Under the pieces are notes generated by a model. The model worked only from the letters and a program-made list of their open reading frames with translations, was not told the DNA's origin and ran no database searches. This document shows, one piece after another, positions 18,583 through 26,286 of a DNA stretch of 32,827 bases. A program made the position numbers and the translations under genes. The DNA is from an uncultured delta proteobacterium (GTDB lineage: Bacteria; Desulfobacterota; Desulfomonilia; UBA1062): assembly GCA_963798485.1 (NCBI GenBank), contig CAWCTR010000025.1:1-32827 (forward strand), read 5' to 3'. Position 1 is the first letter of the stretch; every line of letters begins with the position of its first letter.

Positions 18583-19434
18583 CTATGCCCCTTCCTGAGC
18601 GTCCAGGCCCAGGTCCGTGGTGTCCCCGAGATAGGCCTTGATGACCTCGGGGTGGTCCTGGATCTCTTCGGGAAGGCCTTCGGCGAGCTTTTCGCCGAAG
18701 TTGAGCACAATGACCCGCTCGGAGATGCTCATGACAATGGACATGTCATGCTCCACCAGGATCATGGTCTGGCCCCAGCCGTCGTGCAGCTCTAAAAGGA
18801 AGCGCACCATATCTTCCTTTTCTTCCAGGGTCATGCCGGCAAAAGGCTCGTCCAGCACCAGAAGGCTGGGCTCCGAGGCCAATGCCCTGCCCAGTTCCAC
18901 CCGCTTGCGCAACCCATAGGGCAGCGAGCCCACAAGCTCTTTGCGGATGGACTGCATTTCAAGAAAGTCGATTATCTCTTCCAATATCTCGTGATGCCTG
19001 ATCTCTTCTGTTTTGACCGAGGGGGAATACAGGCACGCCAGGGCGAAGTTGTATGATGACCGGCTATGGCGGGCCAGCAGCATGTTCTGGAGAACGGTCA
19101 TGCCCGGGAAGAGCTCGATGTTCTGAAAGGTCCTTCCGATTCCGAGCGAGGTAAGTTTGTGGGTGTGCATATGCACGATGCTCTGCCCATTAAAGATAAT
19201 ATCGCCGCTTGTCGCCTTATAGAAACCCGTGATGCAGTTCAGCAGGCTTGTCTTGCCTGCGCCGTTGGGCCCGATGACAGCCACGAGCTCGCCGGTATGG
19301 ACCGACAGGTCCACATTCTTGACAGCCTGGATGCCGCCGAAGGCGAGAGACAGGCCTTTGACCTCAAGCTCGGCCTGCCTCGCCGCCATCTTATCGGCGG
19401 AGAATATTCGTGGATGCCCTCGAAATGCCCTCAC
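18583..19434 (-). CDS. Liv-type ABC transporter ATP-binding protein, LivG-like
   Basis: FGGIQAV, GPNGAGKTS, RTFQNIELF, LPYGLRKRVELGRAL, LDEPFAG, VEHDM; alternative start ATG 19389. Confidence 0.93.
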   Translation of the reverse strand: MRAFRGHPRIFSADKMAARQAELEVKGLSLAFGGIQAVKNVDLSVHTGELVAVIGPNGAGKTSLLNCITGFYKATSGDIIFNGQSIVHMHTHKLTSLGIGRTFQNIELFPGMTVLQNMLLARHSRSSYNFALACLYSPSVKTEEIRHHEILEEIIDFLEMQSIRKELVGSLPYGLRKRVELGRALASEPSLLVLDEPFAGMTLEEKEDMVRFLLELHDGWGQTMILVEHDMSIVMSISERVIVLNFGEKLAEGLPEEIQDHPEVIKAYLGDTTDLGLDAQEGA

Positions 19435-19447
19435 TACGGATCCTTTG

Positions 19448-20656
19448 CTACTTCAGTATCTGGATCTTGTCCTTGCCCGGGGTGAAGAAGTTAGTCAGGG
19501 GTGTGAAGGTGCCATTCTCATGGATCTGGACGATCCTGCCCTTAAAGGAGGCGCCATGGTCGTCCTTGGTGTAGGTAATATTGGGCACTAACCCGCCGAA
19601 GTCCTCATTGTTGAAGGTTTCCATGGCCTTGTTGATGTTCTCGGGTGTGATTTGTCCGAACTTTTCCTGGGCCCTTATGAAGGCCTTCTCCATGATCATG
19701 CCTACGACCACGCCCTCCCAGTAGGCGGTGTCAAAGGAGTCGACGGTCTTGTAACGCTTCCAGAGCTCTGTCATGATCTTCATTCCGGGGGCCTTGTCCG
19801 TCGGCAGGCCGCCGCAGAACTGCATCTTCACGCGGTCACGGATGAGGCCCTTGCCGTTCTTGAAGAAGTCGGGGTCAGTGGAGGTCCAGGTACCTATGAA
19901 GACAGGGTTGTAACCGATCCGGTCCGCGCACTTCAATGTGCTTATGATAGCAGCGGGGAGCATCTGCATGAATACATACTGGGCGCCCTTCTGTTTGAGC
20001 CGTAAGAGCTCGGTGGTGAGGTCCACGGTCTGGGGCGGGAATTCCTCAATGGAGACGAGATCGATATTTTTTGTCTTGGCGTACTCTTTGCTCGGCTCGT
20101 GGATGGAGCGGCCATAGGGGTTGTTGTAGGTCAGCAATCCGACCTTCGGTGCGCCGGGTCCCTTGTGCACGGCAGCGATATATTCCATGACCGCATGGCA
20201 GTCGAGCTTGTAGTTGCCGAAAGGCAGGTACATGTAATCAACCGGCGGCTGGAGGATCTCCCAGGCAGTGGAATAGTTGATGGCCGGGATCTTGAACTGC
20301 TGCAGCAGCGGCTTTGCCTGGATGCCTTCCCCGGCGCTCCAGGTGGCTATCATATCCACCTGGTCCTGCATGGCGAATTTCCTCACCGCAGCTACTGCCT
20401 CTGGCGCCTTATACGCGGTATCCACGGTGATCATCTGGATCTTGCAGCCTTTGACACCGCCCTTGACCTCATTGACGTACTTGAAGTAATCCTGCTGCCC
20501 CTTGGCATGGTACTGGCCCCATGTGGATGCCGGGCCGGTGAGGTTGATGGCGGCGCCCACCTTGATATCCTTGGCATCGACAGCCGGAGCCGCAAGGATG
20601 CAGGCAACGAGCAGCAGTCCTCCCATGATTAATGCATTGGTTACTCTCCCCTTCAT
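19448..20656 (-). CDS. Liv-type ABC transporter periplasmic substrate-binding protein
   Basis: Signal peptide, IKVGAAINLTGP, YVNEVKGGVKG...VDTAY (periplasmic binding protein type 1); GGAGGT RBS; first gene of the operon. Confidence 0.93.
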   Translation of the reverse strand: MKGRVTNALIMGGLLLVACILAAPAVDAKDIKVGAAINLTGPASTWGQYHAKGQQDYFKYVNEVKGGVKGCKIQMITVDTAYKAPEAVAAVRKFAMQDQVDMIATWSAGEGIQAKPLLQQFKIPAINYSTAWEILQPPVDYMYLPFGNYKLDCHAVMEYIAAVHKGPGAPKVGLLTYNNPYGRSIHEPSKEYAKTKNIDLVSIEEFPPQTVDLTTELLRLKQKGAQYVFMQMLPAAIISTLKCADRIGYNPVFIGTWTSTDPDFFKNGKGLIRDRVKMQFCGGLPTDKAPGMKIMTELWKRYKTVDSFDTAYWEGVVVGMIMEKAFIRAQEKFGQITPENINKAMETFNNEDFGGLVPNITYTKDDHGASFKGRIVQIHENGTFTPLTNFFTPGKDKIQILK

Positions 20657-20722
20657 AACACTACCTCCCTTAGAGTTTTTTTACTATCCACCACACCGGT
20701 GATGGGATACCTCATCATGAAC

Positions 20723-20770
20723 AAAAAAAAGCCGTAGGTAGACAAAACCGGTCTCCCTACGGCTTTTTTT
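20723..20770 (-). terminator. Intrinsic terminator of the Phe attenuator
   Basis: Minus strand GCCGTAGGGAGAC-cggtttt-GTCTACCTACGGC (12/13 bp stem) followed by T8 (20730-20723), about 66 nt upstream of the SBP start codon. Confidence 0.9.
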
Positions 20771-20805
20771 GACTAGATCTAAAAAAGCTTAAGCGCAGGC
20801 AGACC
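20750..20805 (-). promoter_or_regulatory. Antiterminator of the Phe attenuator
   Basis: Minus-strand GGTCTGCCTGCG (20805-20794) pairs with CGTAGGGAGACC (20761-20750; terminator 5' arm) at 11/12 positions including one G-U pair. Confidence 0.82.
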
Positions 20806-20858
20806 TACTCAAAGAAGAAGAATCCGAAAGAATTATTTGTCAGATGTCTAGGTGCCAT
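20805..20858 (-). CDS. Phenylalanine-rich attenuator leader peptide MAPRHLTNNSFGFFFFE
   Basis: ATG GCA CCT AGA CAT CTG ACA AAT AAT TCT TTC GGA TTC TTC TTC TTT GAG TAG; 5 Phe in the last 7 sense codons; stop abuts the antiterminator arm. Confidence 0.85.
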   Translation of the reverse strand: MAPRHLTNNSFGFFFFE

Positions 20859-21129
20859 AGACTAGGCCCTTTAAAGAAAACTCCCTAAGAAGTCAAGGGA
20901 AAACTGGCAAGAGGTGTAATGTGGGCAGCATATGAAGCACAGGTATTTTTTAAATGGGGAAGGAAAGAGTTGCAGAGTATTAAATATCCTCACTGGCAAT
21001 CAATAAACCAGGTATATAAGGGCCGGATTCACATTTTCACCTATTTGTTGTGTTAAACCGGAGACCATCCACAATTTATCCGGATCATGAACTCCCTGGC
21101 CCATATCTTTTGTCTGTAACATAAGTATT

Positions 21130-21177
21130 TTCTAATGTTATTCTAATGATCATTTAATCTTCTCCCATGTATAGGAT
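21130..21177 (+). promoter_or_regulatory. Putative OmpR/PhoB-family response-regulator box and -10 element
   Basis: TTCTAATG at 21130 and 21141, ATTTAATC at 21152 (11-bp period), then TAGGAT at 21172-77 upstream of the 21211 gene. Confidence 0.45.
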
Positions 21178-21210
21178 CAACATCTTAAAAAACAATTTGG
21201 AGGTAATATC

Positions 21211-21504
21211 ATGAAAAAGGTTATTAGTCTGATCGCAGTACTGGCACTGTTATGCTTCACCACGATGGTTTTTGCAGCAGATGCAGCGAAGGCAGATGCA
21301 ACGAAAGCTGCTCCGGCAGCTACCGCTGTTACAAAACCCGCTCCTGATGCAGCCAAGGGTGATGTGGCAACTCCTGACAAGGCCAAAGTAGACAAAAAAG
21401 CAAAGAAGGTTAAGAAGGCAAAGAAGGTTAAGAAGGCAGCAGTAAAGAAGGACGAGAAGAAAGATGCAGCAGCTCCTGCCCCGGCAGCACCGGCCGCTCA
21501 GTAG
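21211..21504 (+). CDS. Secreted Ala/Lys/Pro-rich low-complexity small protein (Asr-like composition)
   Basis: GGAGGT RBS; Sec signal MKKVISLIAVLALLCFTTMVFA; KKAKKVKKAKKVKKA tract. Confidence 0.85.
   Translation: MKKVISLIAVLALLCFTTMVFAADAAKADATKAAPAATAVTKPAPDAAKGDVATPDKAKVDKKAKKVKKAKKVKKAAVKKDEKKDAAAPAPAAPAAQ
21400..21438 (+). repeat. 18-bp in-frame tandem repeat (AKKVKK x2)
   Basis: GCAAAGAAGGTTAAGAAG twice plus GCA. Confidence 0.85.
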
Positions 21505-21530
21505 TAAGGTAAAATAAAGAGGTCTGGAGG

Positions 21531-21938
21531 ATGAAAAGGTTAGCGCTACTGATATGCGCCCTTGGGGTTTTCTCCCTCACCTGTTTCGGACAGGATACGG
21601 TCCTGCCCGCACAGAAAGGGGAAACTCCTCCTCCAGCCTCTCTTTCTCAAAAGATAACCAAAGCCAAACCCTTGGAAGTGAAGGGTCATACAGAGACAGT
21701 GATCTTGGCTGATCCGTCGAAGGGCATCAGACCCAAGATATCAATCACAGGTGAAGACGGCAAGCACTATACCTTCCTGGTGAGGGCCACAACCACCATA
21801 TATGGACAAGACTGGAAGGCCATAGCCCTCGACAAGATTGTAAAAGGTCAGCAGGTAAGGGTTCAATACATCACCAACAAAGATGGCATGTCCGTAGCAT
21901 TATCCATCAAGCCGGTCAGCAAGGAAAAACCTCTGTAA
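21531..21938 (+). CDS. Secreted hypothetical protein with small beta-barrel (DUF5666/OB-fold-like) domain
   Basis: GGAGG RBS, signal peptide, TFLVRATTTIY...IALDKIVKGQQVRVQY...VALSI pattern. Confidence 0.75.
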   Translation: MKRLALLICALGVFSLTCFGQDTVLPAQKGETPPPASLSQKITKAKPLEVKGHTETVILADPSKGIRPKISITGEDGKHYTFLVRATTTIYGQDWKAIALDKIVKGQQVRVQYITNKDGMSVALSIKPVSKEKPL

Positions 21939-21985
21939 TACACCTGATAATTCCGGGTTTCGTTTCATCAATCCTTTTTCTGTAA

Positions 21986-22079
21986 TGCCATTCTGACACT
22001 TTTAGTGGTGCTGCTTAGGGCATTTTGTCATTTTGTACCTGCCCAGGCCCTATCAGAAGGCTTTTCTGCCAATATGGCA
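21986..22079. promoter_or_regulatory. Putative enhancer (UAS) sites for a sigma-54 activator
   Basis: TGCCA-ttc-TGACA (21986), TGTCA-ttt-TGTAC (22026), TGCCA-ata-TGGCA (22067, perfect dyad); 40-41 bp period. Confidence 0.55.
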
Positions 22080-22114
22080 ATATCAGGGAAAACCAGTTTC
22101 TTATTATTGCCTGT

Positions 22115-22127
22115 TATCAATAAGTTA
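22115..22127 (+). promoter_or_regulatory. IHF binding site
   Basis: TATCAA-TAAG-TTA matches WATCAAN4TTR exactly and lies between the UAS and the -24/-12 promoter. Confidence 0.7.
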
Positions 22128-22142
22128 TAAATTGCCAGCACT

Positions 22143-22157
22143 TGGCACGCCCCTTGC
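22143..22157 (+). promoter_or_regulatory. Sigma-54 (-24/-12) promoter
   Basis: TGGCACG-CCCC-TTGC is a perfect TGGCACG-N4-TTGC match, about 50 nt upstream of a start codon with RBS. Confidence 0.85.
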
Positions 22158-22205
22158 CTTCTATAAGATAGAAAGAAAAAAACAAACCCCAGGGAGGGCA
22201 AGACA

Positions 22206-22382
22206 ATGATGACATTATGGATCGTAATCGGCGCACTGTTCATGACCGGCATTGGTATCAGGTTCACCTACAGGGTATTGGGACTCACTCCGGCAGAAGC
22301 AACCGCAGTGTTCATCATAGTAGTCACCTTGGTTACCATCAACACCGGTCCGGCACGTGAGATCCTCATGAACCTGTTCTAA
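22206..22382 (+). CDS. Small two-helix membrane protein (58 aa), not in ORF track
   Basis: MMTLWIVIGALFMTGIGIRFTYRVLGLTPAEATAVFIIVVTLVTINTGPAREILMNLF; GGGAGG RBS; directly downstream of the sigma-54 promoter. Confidence 0.8.
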   Translation: MMTLWIVIGALFMTGIGIRFTYRVLGLTPAEATAVFIIVVTLVTINTGPAREILMNLF

Positions 22383-22423
22383 GACCGGACAGGGATAGGA
22401 AAGGATAAGGAAGGAGGAAGGCC

Positions 22424-22663
22424 ATGAAGACAAAGAAAGAAAAGATCGAAAGGGCACTGGCTAACAGGCTCAGCAGGATAAGTGCATACAGCTTAGTGCT
22501 CGTTACGATGACCTTCCTCGGCCTCTATGGTGGCATGTATCTCGATAAGGTTCTTGGCATGGCACCCAACTTCACGATGATAGGACTGGTGGCTGGCATC
22601 GTACTAGGCTTCAAGGGGTTCATCCAGGAAGTCATGATCGAGAGAAAGGTAAAGAGGGCTTAG
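22424..22663 (+). CDS. AtpZ/AtpI-family (ATPase gene-1-like) small membrane protein
   Basis: GLYGGMYLDKVLGMAPNFTMIGLVAGIVLGF matches the G..G..LD..LG..P.F...G...G...GF pattern; AAGGAGG RBS. Confidence 0.78.
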   Translation: MKTKKEKIERALANRLSRISAYSLVLVTMTFLGLYGGMYLDKVLGMAPNFTMIGLVAGIVLGFKGFIQEVMIERKVKRA

Positions 22664-22719
22664 CCATGACAATCATCTTTGTAACCATAGGCTTCACAGC
22701 CTTCCTGGCACTGACTGCA

Positions 22720-23348
22720 AGGTTCTTGAAACGAGCAGAGCACGCTCCCAGGACAGAGAACAATCAATAATCAGGTTCTCAAGGCTTGATGAAAAGCAGA
22801 GCATAGACCAGTTCGACTTCTCGTTCCATCCGTCCAGAAAAACCAACAAGTCCAGAATCCTTAACCTTCTCGACCTGGAGTTCATCATAGAGAGGAAAGA
22901 CGTCATCCTCATCGGCAATCCCGGAGTGGGCAAGTCCTTCATTGCCAAGTGCCTGGCTTACGCCTCGACTCAGGCAGGCATAAAAACGCTGTTTGTATCC
23001 ACCATGGAGATGATCAACCAGCTCATAGCTGCGGAGGGTGACAGGACCATCCTGAAGAAGCTCCATTACTACCAGTCATTCGATCTGCTGGTCTGCGATG
23101 AAATCGGCTATCTCCCCCTCGGGTCCCAGGGCTCCAACTTCTTCTTCCAGGTCATAAGCGCCCGCCATCAGAAGAAGTCCACGCTCATCACCACGAACCT
23201 GCCGTTCTCGGAGTGGGGAAACGTATTCGACAACACCACGGCCGCCACAGCCATAGCAGACAGGCTGGTACATAACTCTGAAATCATAATATTCGAGGGG
23301 CCAAGCTATCGGAAACGAGACAGGAAAGAACAGAAGAAATCTGAATAG
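22720..23348 (+). pseudogene. istB: IS21-family helper ATPase IstB, 5'-truncated
   Basis: The frame of ORF 22926 extends upstream as RFSRLDEKQSIDQFDFSFHP...VILIGNPGVGKS (Walker A), then LLVCDEIGY, LITTNLPFSEWGNVF, AIADRLVH, GPSYR. No start codon for the N-terminus and no istA. Confidence 0.88.
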
Positions 23349-23516
23349 ACCGGGAGGCTATAAGCTCAAAAGCTATAATACAGGGAGGCTTTAAAATACG
23401 GCCCGGCCGATTAAATGCGGATTCAATCATCCCCCGCAGCACGTCTCTGCGCCCTGCATATCTCCCTGCAGCTTTTTAAACGATGATTTCTGCCGGGTTC
23501 TTGGCCGATGATAACA
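22720..23516 (+). mobile_element. IS21-family remnant (partial istB plus right end)
   Basis: istB fragment followed by ...CGATGAT...GGCCGATGATAACA ending in CA at 23516 with a repeated CGATGAT motif, as expected for an IS21 right end. Left boundary approximate. Confidence 0.7.
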
Positions 23517-23890
23517 GCTGGCAGCGTTTAGAAATAAAGGAATCAATGTGTCTGACACAACGAAGGAGACCCTATTACCGTATGAGACACAATATGCTTT
23601 CATCAGAGATTTGTTGGAGTATAGAAAGGTGCGTTATGGTCTGTCCCAACTAAATCAATTGATAGAGCATATCGATCCAAGCATTGGCACAGAGGGTCCT
23701 TGCAATTTCATATACCATAAAAAAACGCTAATACACAATGATATCAATATCTTATATCAGTTTTCAGGGTCGACTAACTAGAGAAATTAATTCTCGGACT
23801 TTTGCAATTGGCTATTTACAATATATTAAGTCTAATGTAATTTATTGATTGAATTGATATGGAATACATCTATGAAATGGAAATTGCATT

Positions 23891-23985
23891 TTACTAATAA
23901 GTGCCTAATTGAGAAGATCACCAATAAGCCTATGAAGAGCTTTTGCGTATGAATTTAGTTCGGCTTAATATGCACTTCTTAGTAA
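23891..23985. repeat. 95-bp element bounded by 14-bp inverted repeats (possible MITE)
   Basis: TTACTAATAAGTGC (23891-904) and GCACTTCTTAGTAA (23972-985) are 13/14 complementary. Confidence 0.5.
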
Positions 23986-24041
23986 CTTCAAGGGCACAAT
24001 AATATTTAAGGACAAAATCATTCAAGGGGTAGATTGCTTTA

Positions 24042-25187
24042 ATGGGCCTATTTAGAGTCATCCTTGCGTTATCTGTTGTGTTGTTCCATGTAAATGGGGG
24101 CAATGGTTATTGCATAGCTGGAGGCAAAGCAGCTGTTCAATGTTTTTTTATTATTTCAGGCTTTTATATGTCCCTAATATTGAATGACAAGTATACTGAT
24201 AAATCTTCTAATAAGACCTCCCTTTTACTGTTTTACACCAATCGAATATTCCGTTTGTTGCCTTTGTATTACTTTTTTTTAATAGTCTCACTATTCTCAC
24301 TATGCCTTTGCTTCTCGCTTAATATTTCTCATTACAACTCTATCCCGAATTATTGTAACATAAACTATTTTAATAGGTTGGACATAACAACAAAAGTATA
24401 TCTAATCATTTCCCAATTTCTTGTTATTGGAATGGACTTATCTAATTTTCTTGGCATTAACCTCAATAATGGCAGTTTATTTATAAGTTCTACTGCGGTT
24501 CACCAAACCCCTTCATGGGCATTTTTTTTCATTCCACAGGCATGGACCTTAAGTCTAGAATTTTATTTCTATCTACTTGCACCATTCTTTGTGAAAAGGA
24601 CAAATATTCCAACTACAATCATTGTGATAATACTATGTTTTATTATGCGATTTTTTATTTATTTGTATGGATATAACTATACTCCATGGACTTATAGATT
24701 TTTCCCGACTGAACTGGCACTGTTTTTGTTGGGGACCTTGTCATATCAATTGTATTTGTTCCTAAAAAGCAAAAACCTATTTCATAATTTAATTTCCATC
24801 ACAATCTCTGGTACTATTTTTATTTTAGCCTTCTGTTACCAATTCTTGCCACAACAAAATTCAGTTCCTTGCTTTTTTAATGATGCACAATTAATTTTTT
24901 ATTCGACTGTTATTATTGGATTGCCGTTTTTATTTCATATCAGCAAACAAAACAGTATTGACCGTTTTATTGGTGAACTTTCATATCCTATATATTTGTG
25001 TCACCTAATAATTATACCATTTTTTGGTGTACCAATTGTTTATAGTGAAACTGCTGCTGATATTTTTTATATTTTATTTTTCACTATTATATTTTCTATT
25101 TTTTCTGTAATCTTTATCCAAAAGTATGTTGATAATTATCGACAAAGACGTTATCAGATTATGTGTAGTACCTCAGAAAAAATCTGA
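24042..25187 (+). CDS. Acyltransferase-3 family (OafA-like) membrane O-acyltransferase
   Basis: FRVILALSVVLFH, AVQCFFIISGF, NRIFRLLPLY, AWTLSLEFYFY, IGELSYPIYLCH; polytopic hydrophobic protein. Confidence 0.92.
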   Translation: MGLFRVILALSVVLFHVNGGNGYCIAGGKAAVQCFFIISGFYMSLILNDKYTDKSSNKTSLLLFYTNRIFRLLPLYYFFLIVSLFSLCLCFSLNISHYNSIPNYCNINYFNRLDITTKVYLIISQFLVIGMDLSNFLGINLNNGSLFISSTAVHQTPSWAFFFIPQAWTLSLEFYFYLLAPFFVKRTNIPTTIIVIILCFIMRFFIYLYGYNYTPWTYRFFPTELALFLLGTLSYQLYLFLKSKNLFHNLISITISGTIFILAFCYQFLPQQNSVPCFFNDAQLIFYSTVIIGLPFLFHISKQNSIDRFIGELSYPIYLCHLIIIPFFGVPIVYSETAADIFYILFFTIIFSIFSVIFIQKYVDNYRQRRYQIMCSTSEKI

Positions 25188-25557
25188 CAAGGAGTATCCT
25201 TTCTGAAACAAACAGGGAACCTTTTCAAAAAGCAGTTTCATCCAAGCCTGTAATCAGTTCAACAATGATGAGATAACAAAGGAAGAGCTGATATCAAAAA
25301 CAGTTTCCATTGGATTTATTACCACCCCCAATTTCGAGGGTGGGTTAGCAGGTTTATATAGTCTCCTTAGCTCACCAGTTTTTTCACTGCCTCGATGACC
25401 GGTGCAGTGAACAGAGCTACAAGGACTGCATACAGGGCAAAAGATCCGACTGCCCAAGTAAGATATATCTTCTCATAAAGATACTTCAGAGATGGGAGAT
25501 GGTGTCTCAGTATATTTATATTGAATATCAATAGGATAATCATATACAAAATAAAAT

Positions 25558-26286
25558 ATGGTTAAGGATATAACTCTTGGTATTGTTTGCCCTATGGCAA
25601 ATGAGTTCGATAATTGTGAGCAGTTTGTCAAGGATGTAATAGAAGTTTGCAATGAGTATGAATTTAAATCAATTTCTTTATTGGTAATTTTTGACAATGC
25701 ATGCACTGACGGCACGTTTGATAAATTAAAGTCTTTATCCAATGAACTTCCGGAACTGGTTGTGATATTTTCTCCTGAGAATAGATGTGTTGTCGATGCA
25801 TACCTTCGTGGTTATAGAGAAGCACTGAAAATGGGGTGTGATTGGATATTGGAAATAGATGCAGGATATAGTCATCAGCCTTCTGATCTCCATCATTTTT
25901 TTAATAAAATGCAACAAGGGTATGACTGTGTGTTTGGAAGCAGATTTTGCAACGGAGGTAAATATATTAACAGCCTGAGTACACATTACTTAATAAGCCG
26001 TGGTGGAACAATCCTTACTAATATCCTTCTCGGTACAAAGTTAAAGGATATGACAAGTGGATTTGAGCTTTTTACTCGTGATGCTTTAAAAAATATATTA
26101 GATAAAGGGATTACATCTCACGGTCCGTTTTTCCAGACAGAAATCAAATTTTATGCACACAACTTTAAAATAGCCGTGGTCCCTATACAGTACCATTCAA
26201 CCGGTCAAACAGCTAAACTTAAATACATTTTTGATTCGTTAGAATGTTTGTGGAGATTATTTCAAAGGAGAGTTGCCACTTCTTAA
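25558..26286 (+). CDS. Family 2 glycosyltransferase, dolichol/polyprenol-phosphate-sugar synthase-like
   Basis: IVCPMANE, DNACTDGT, EIDAGYSHQP, DCVFGSRF, LKDMTSGF, FQTE motifs of DPM1-like GT2. Confidence 0.9.
   Translation: MVKDITLGIVCPMANEFDNCEQFVKDVIEVCNEYEFKSISLLVIFDNACTDGTFDKLKSLSNELPELVVIFSPENRCVVDAYLRGYREALKMGCDWILEIDAGYSHQPSDLHHFFNKMQQGYDCVFGSRFCNGGKYINSLSTHYLISRGGTILTNILLGTKLKDMTSGFELFTRDALKNILDKGITSHGPFFQTEIKFYAHNFKIAVVPIQYHSTGQTAKLKYIFDSLECLWRLFQRRVATS

Noticed and set aside
20723-20770. Hairpin as a simple bidirectional terminator or T-box
   Set aside because: Flanking genes are divergent, so nothing converges on it. No T-box consensus or stem I seen; the leader peptide and antiterminator explain it better.
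21400-21438. Short repeats as a possible CRISPR array (also 31687-31902)
   Set aside because: In-frame coding repeats without unique spacers; no cas genes.
23548-23781. 77-aa ORF and an IHF-like site (TATCAATATCTTA) suggesting another IS end
   Set aside because: No family motif, and no partner inverted repeat or transposase could be identified.
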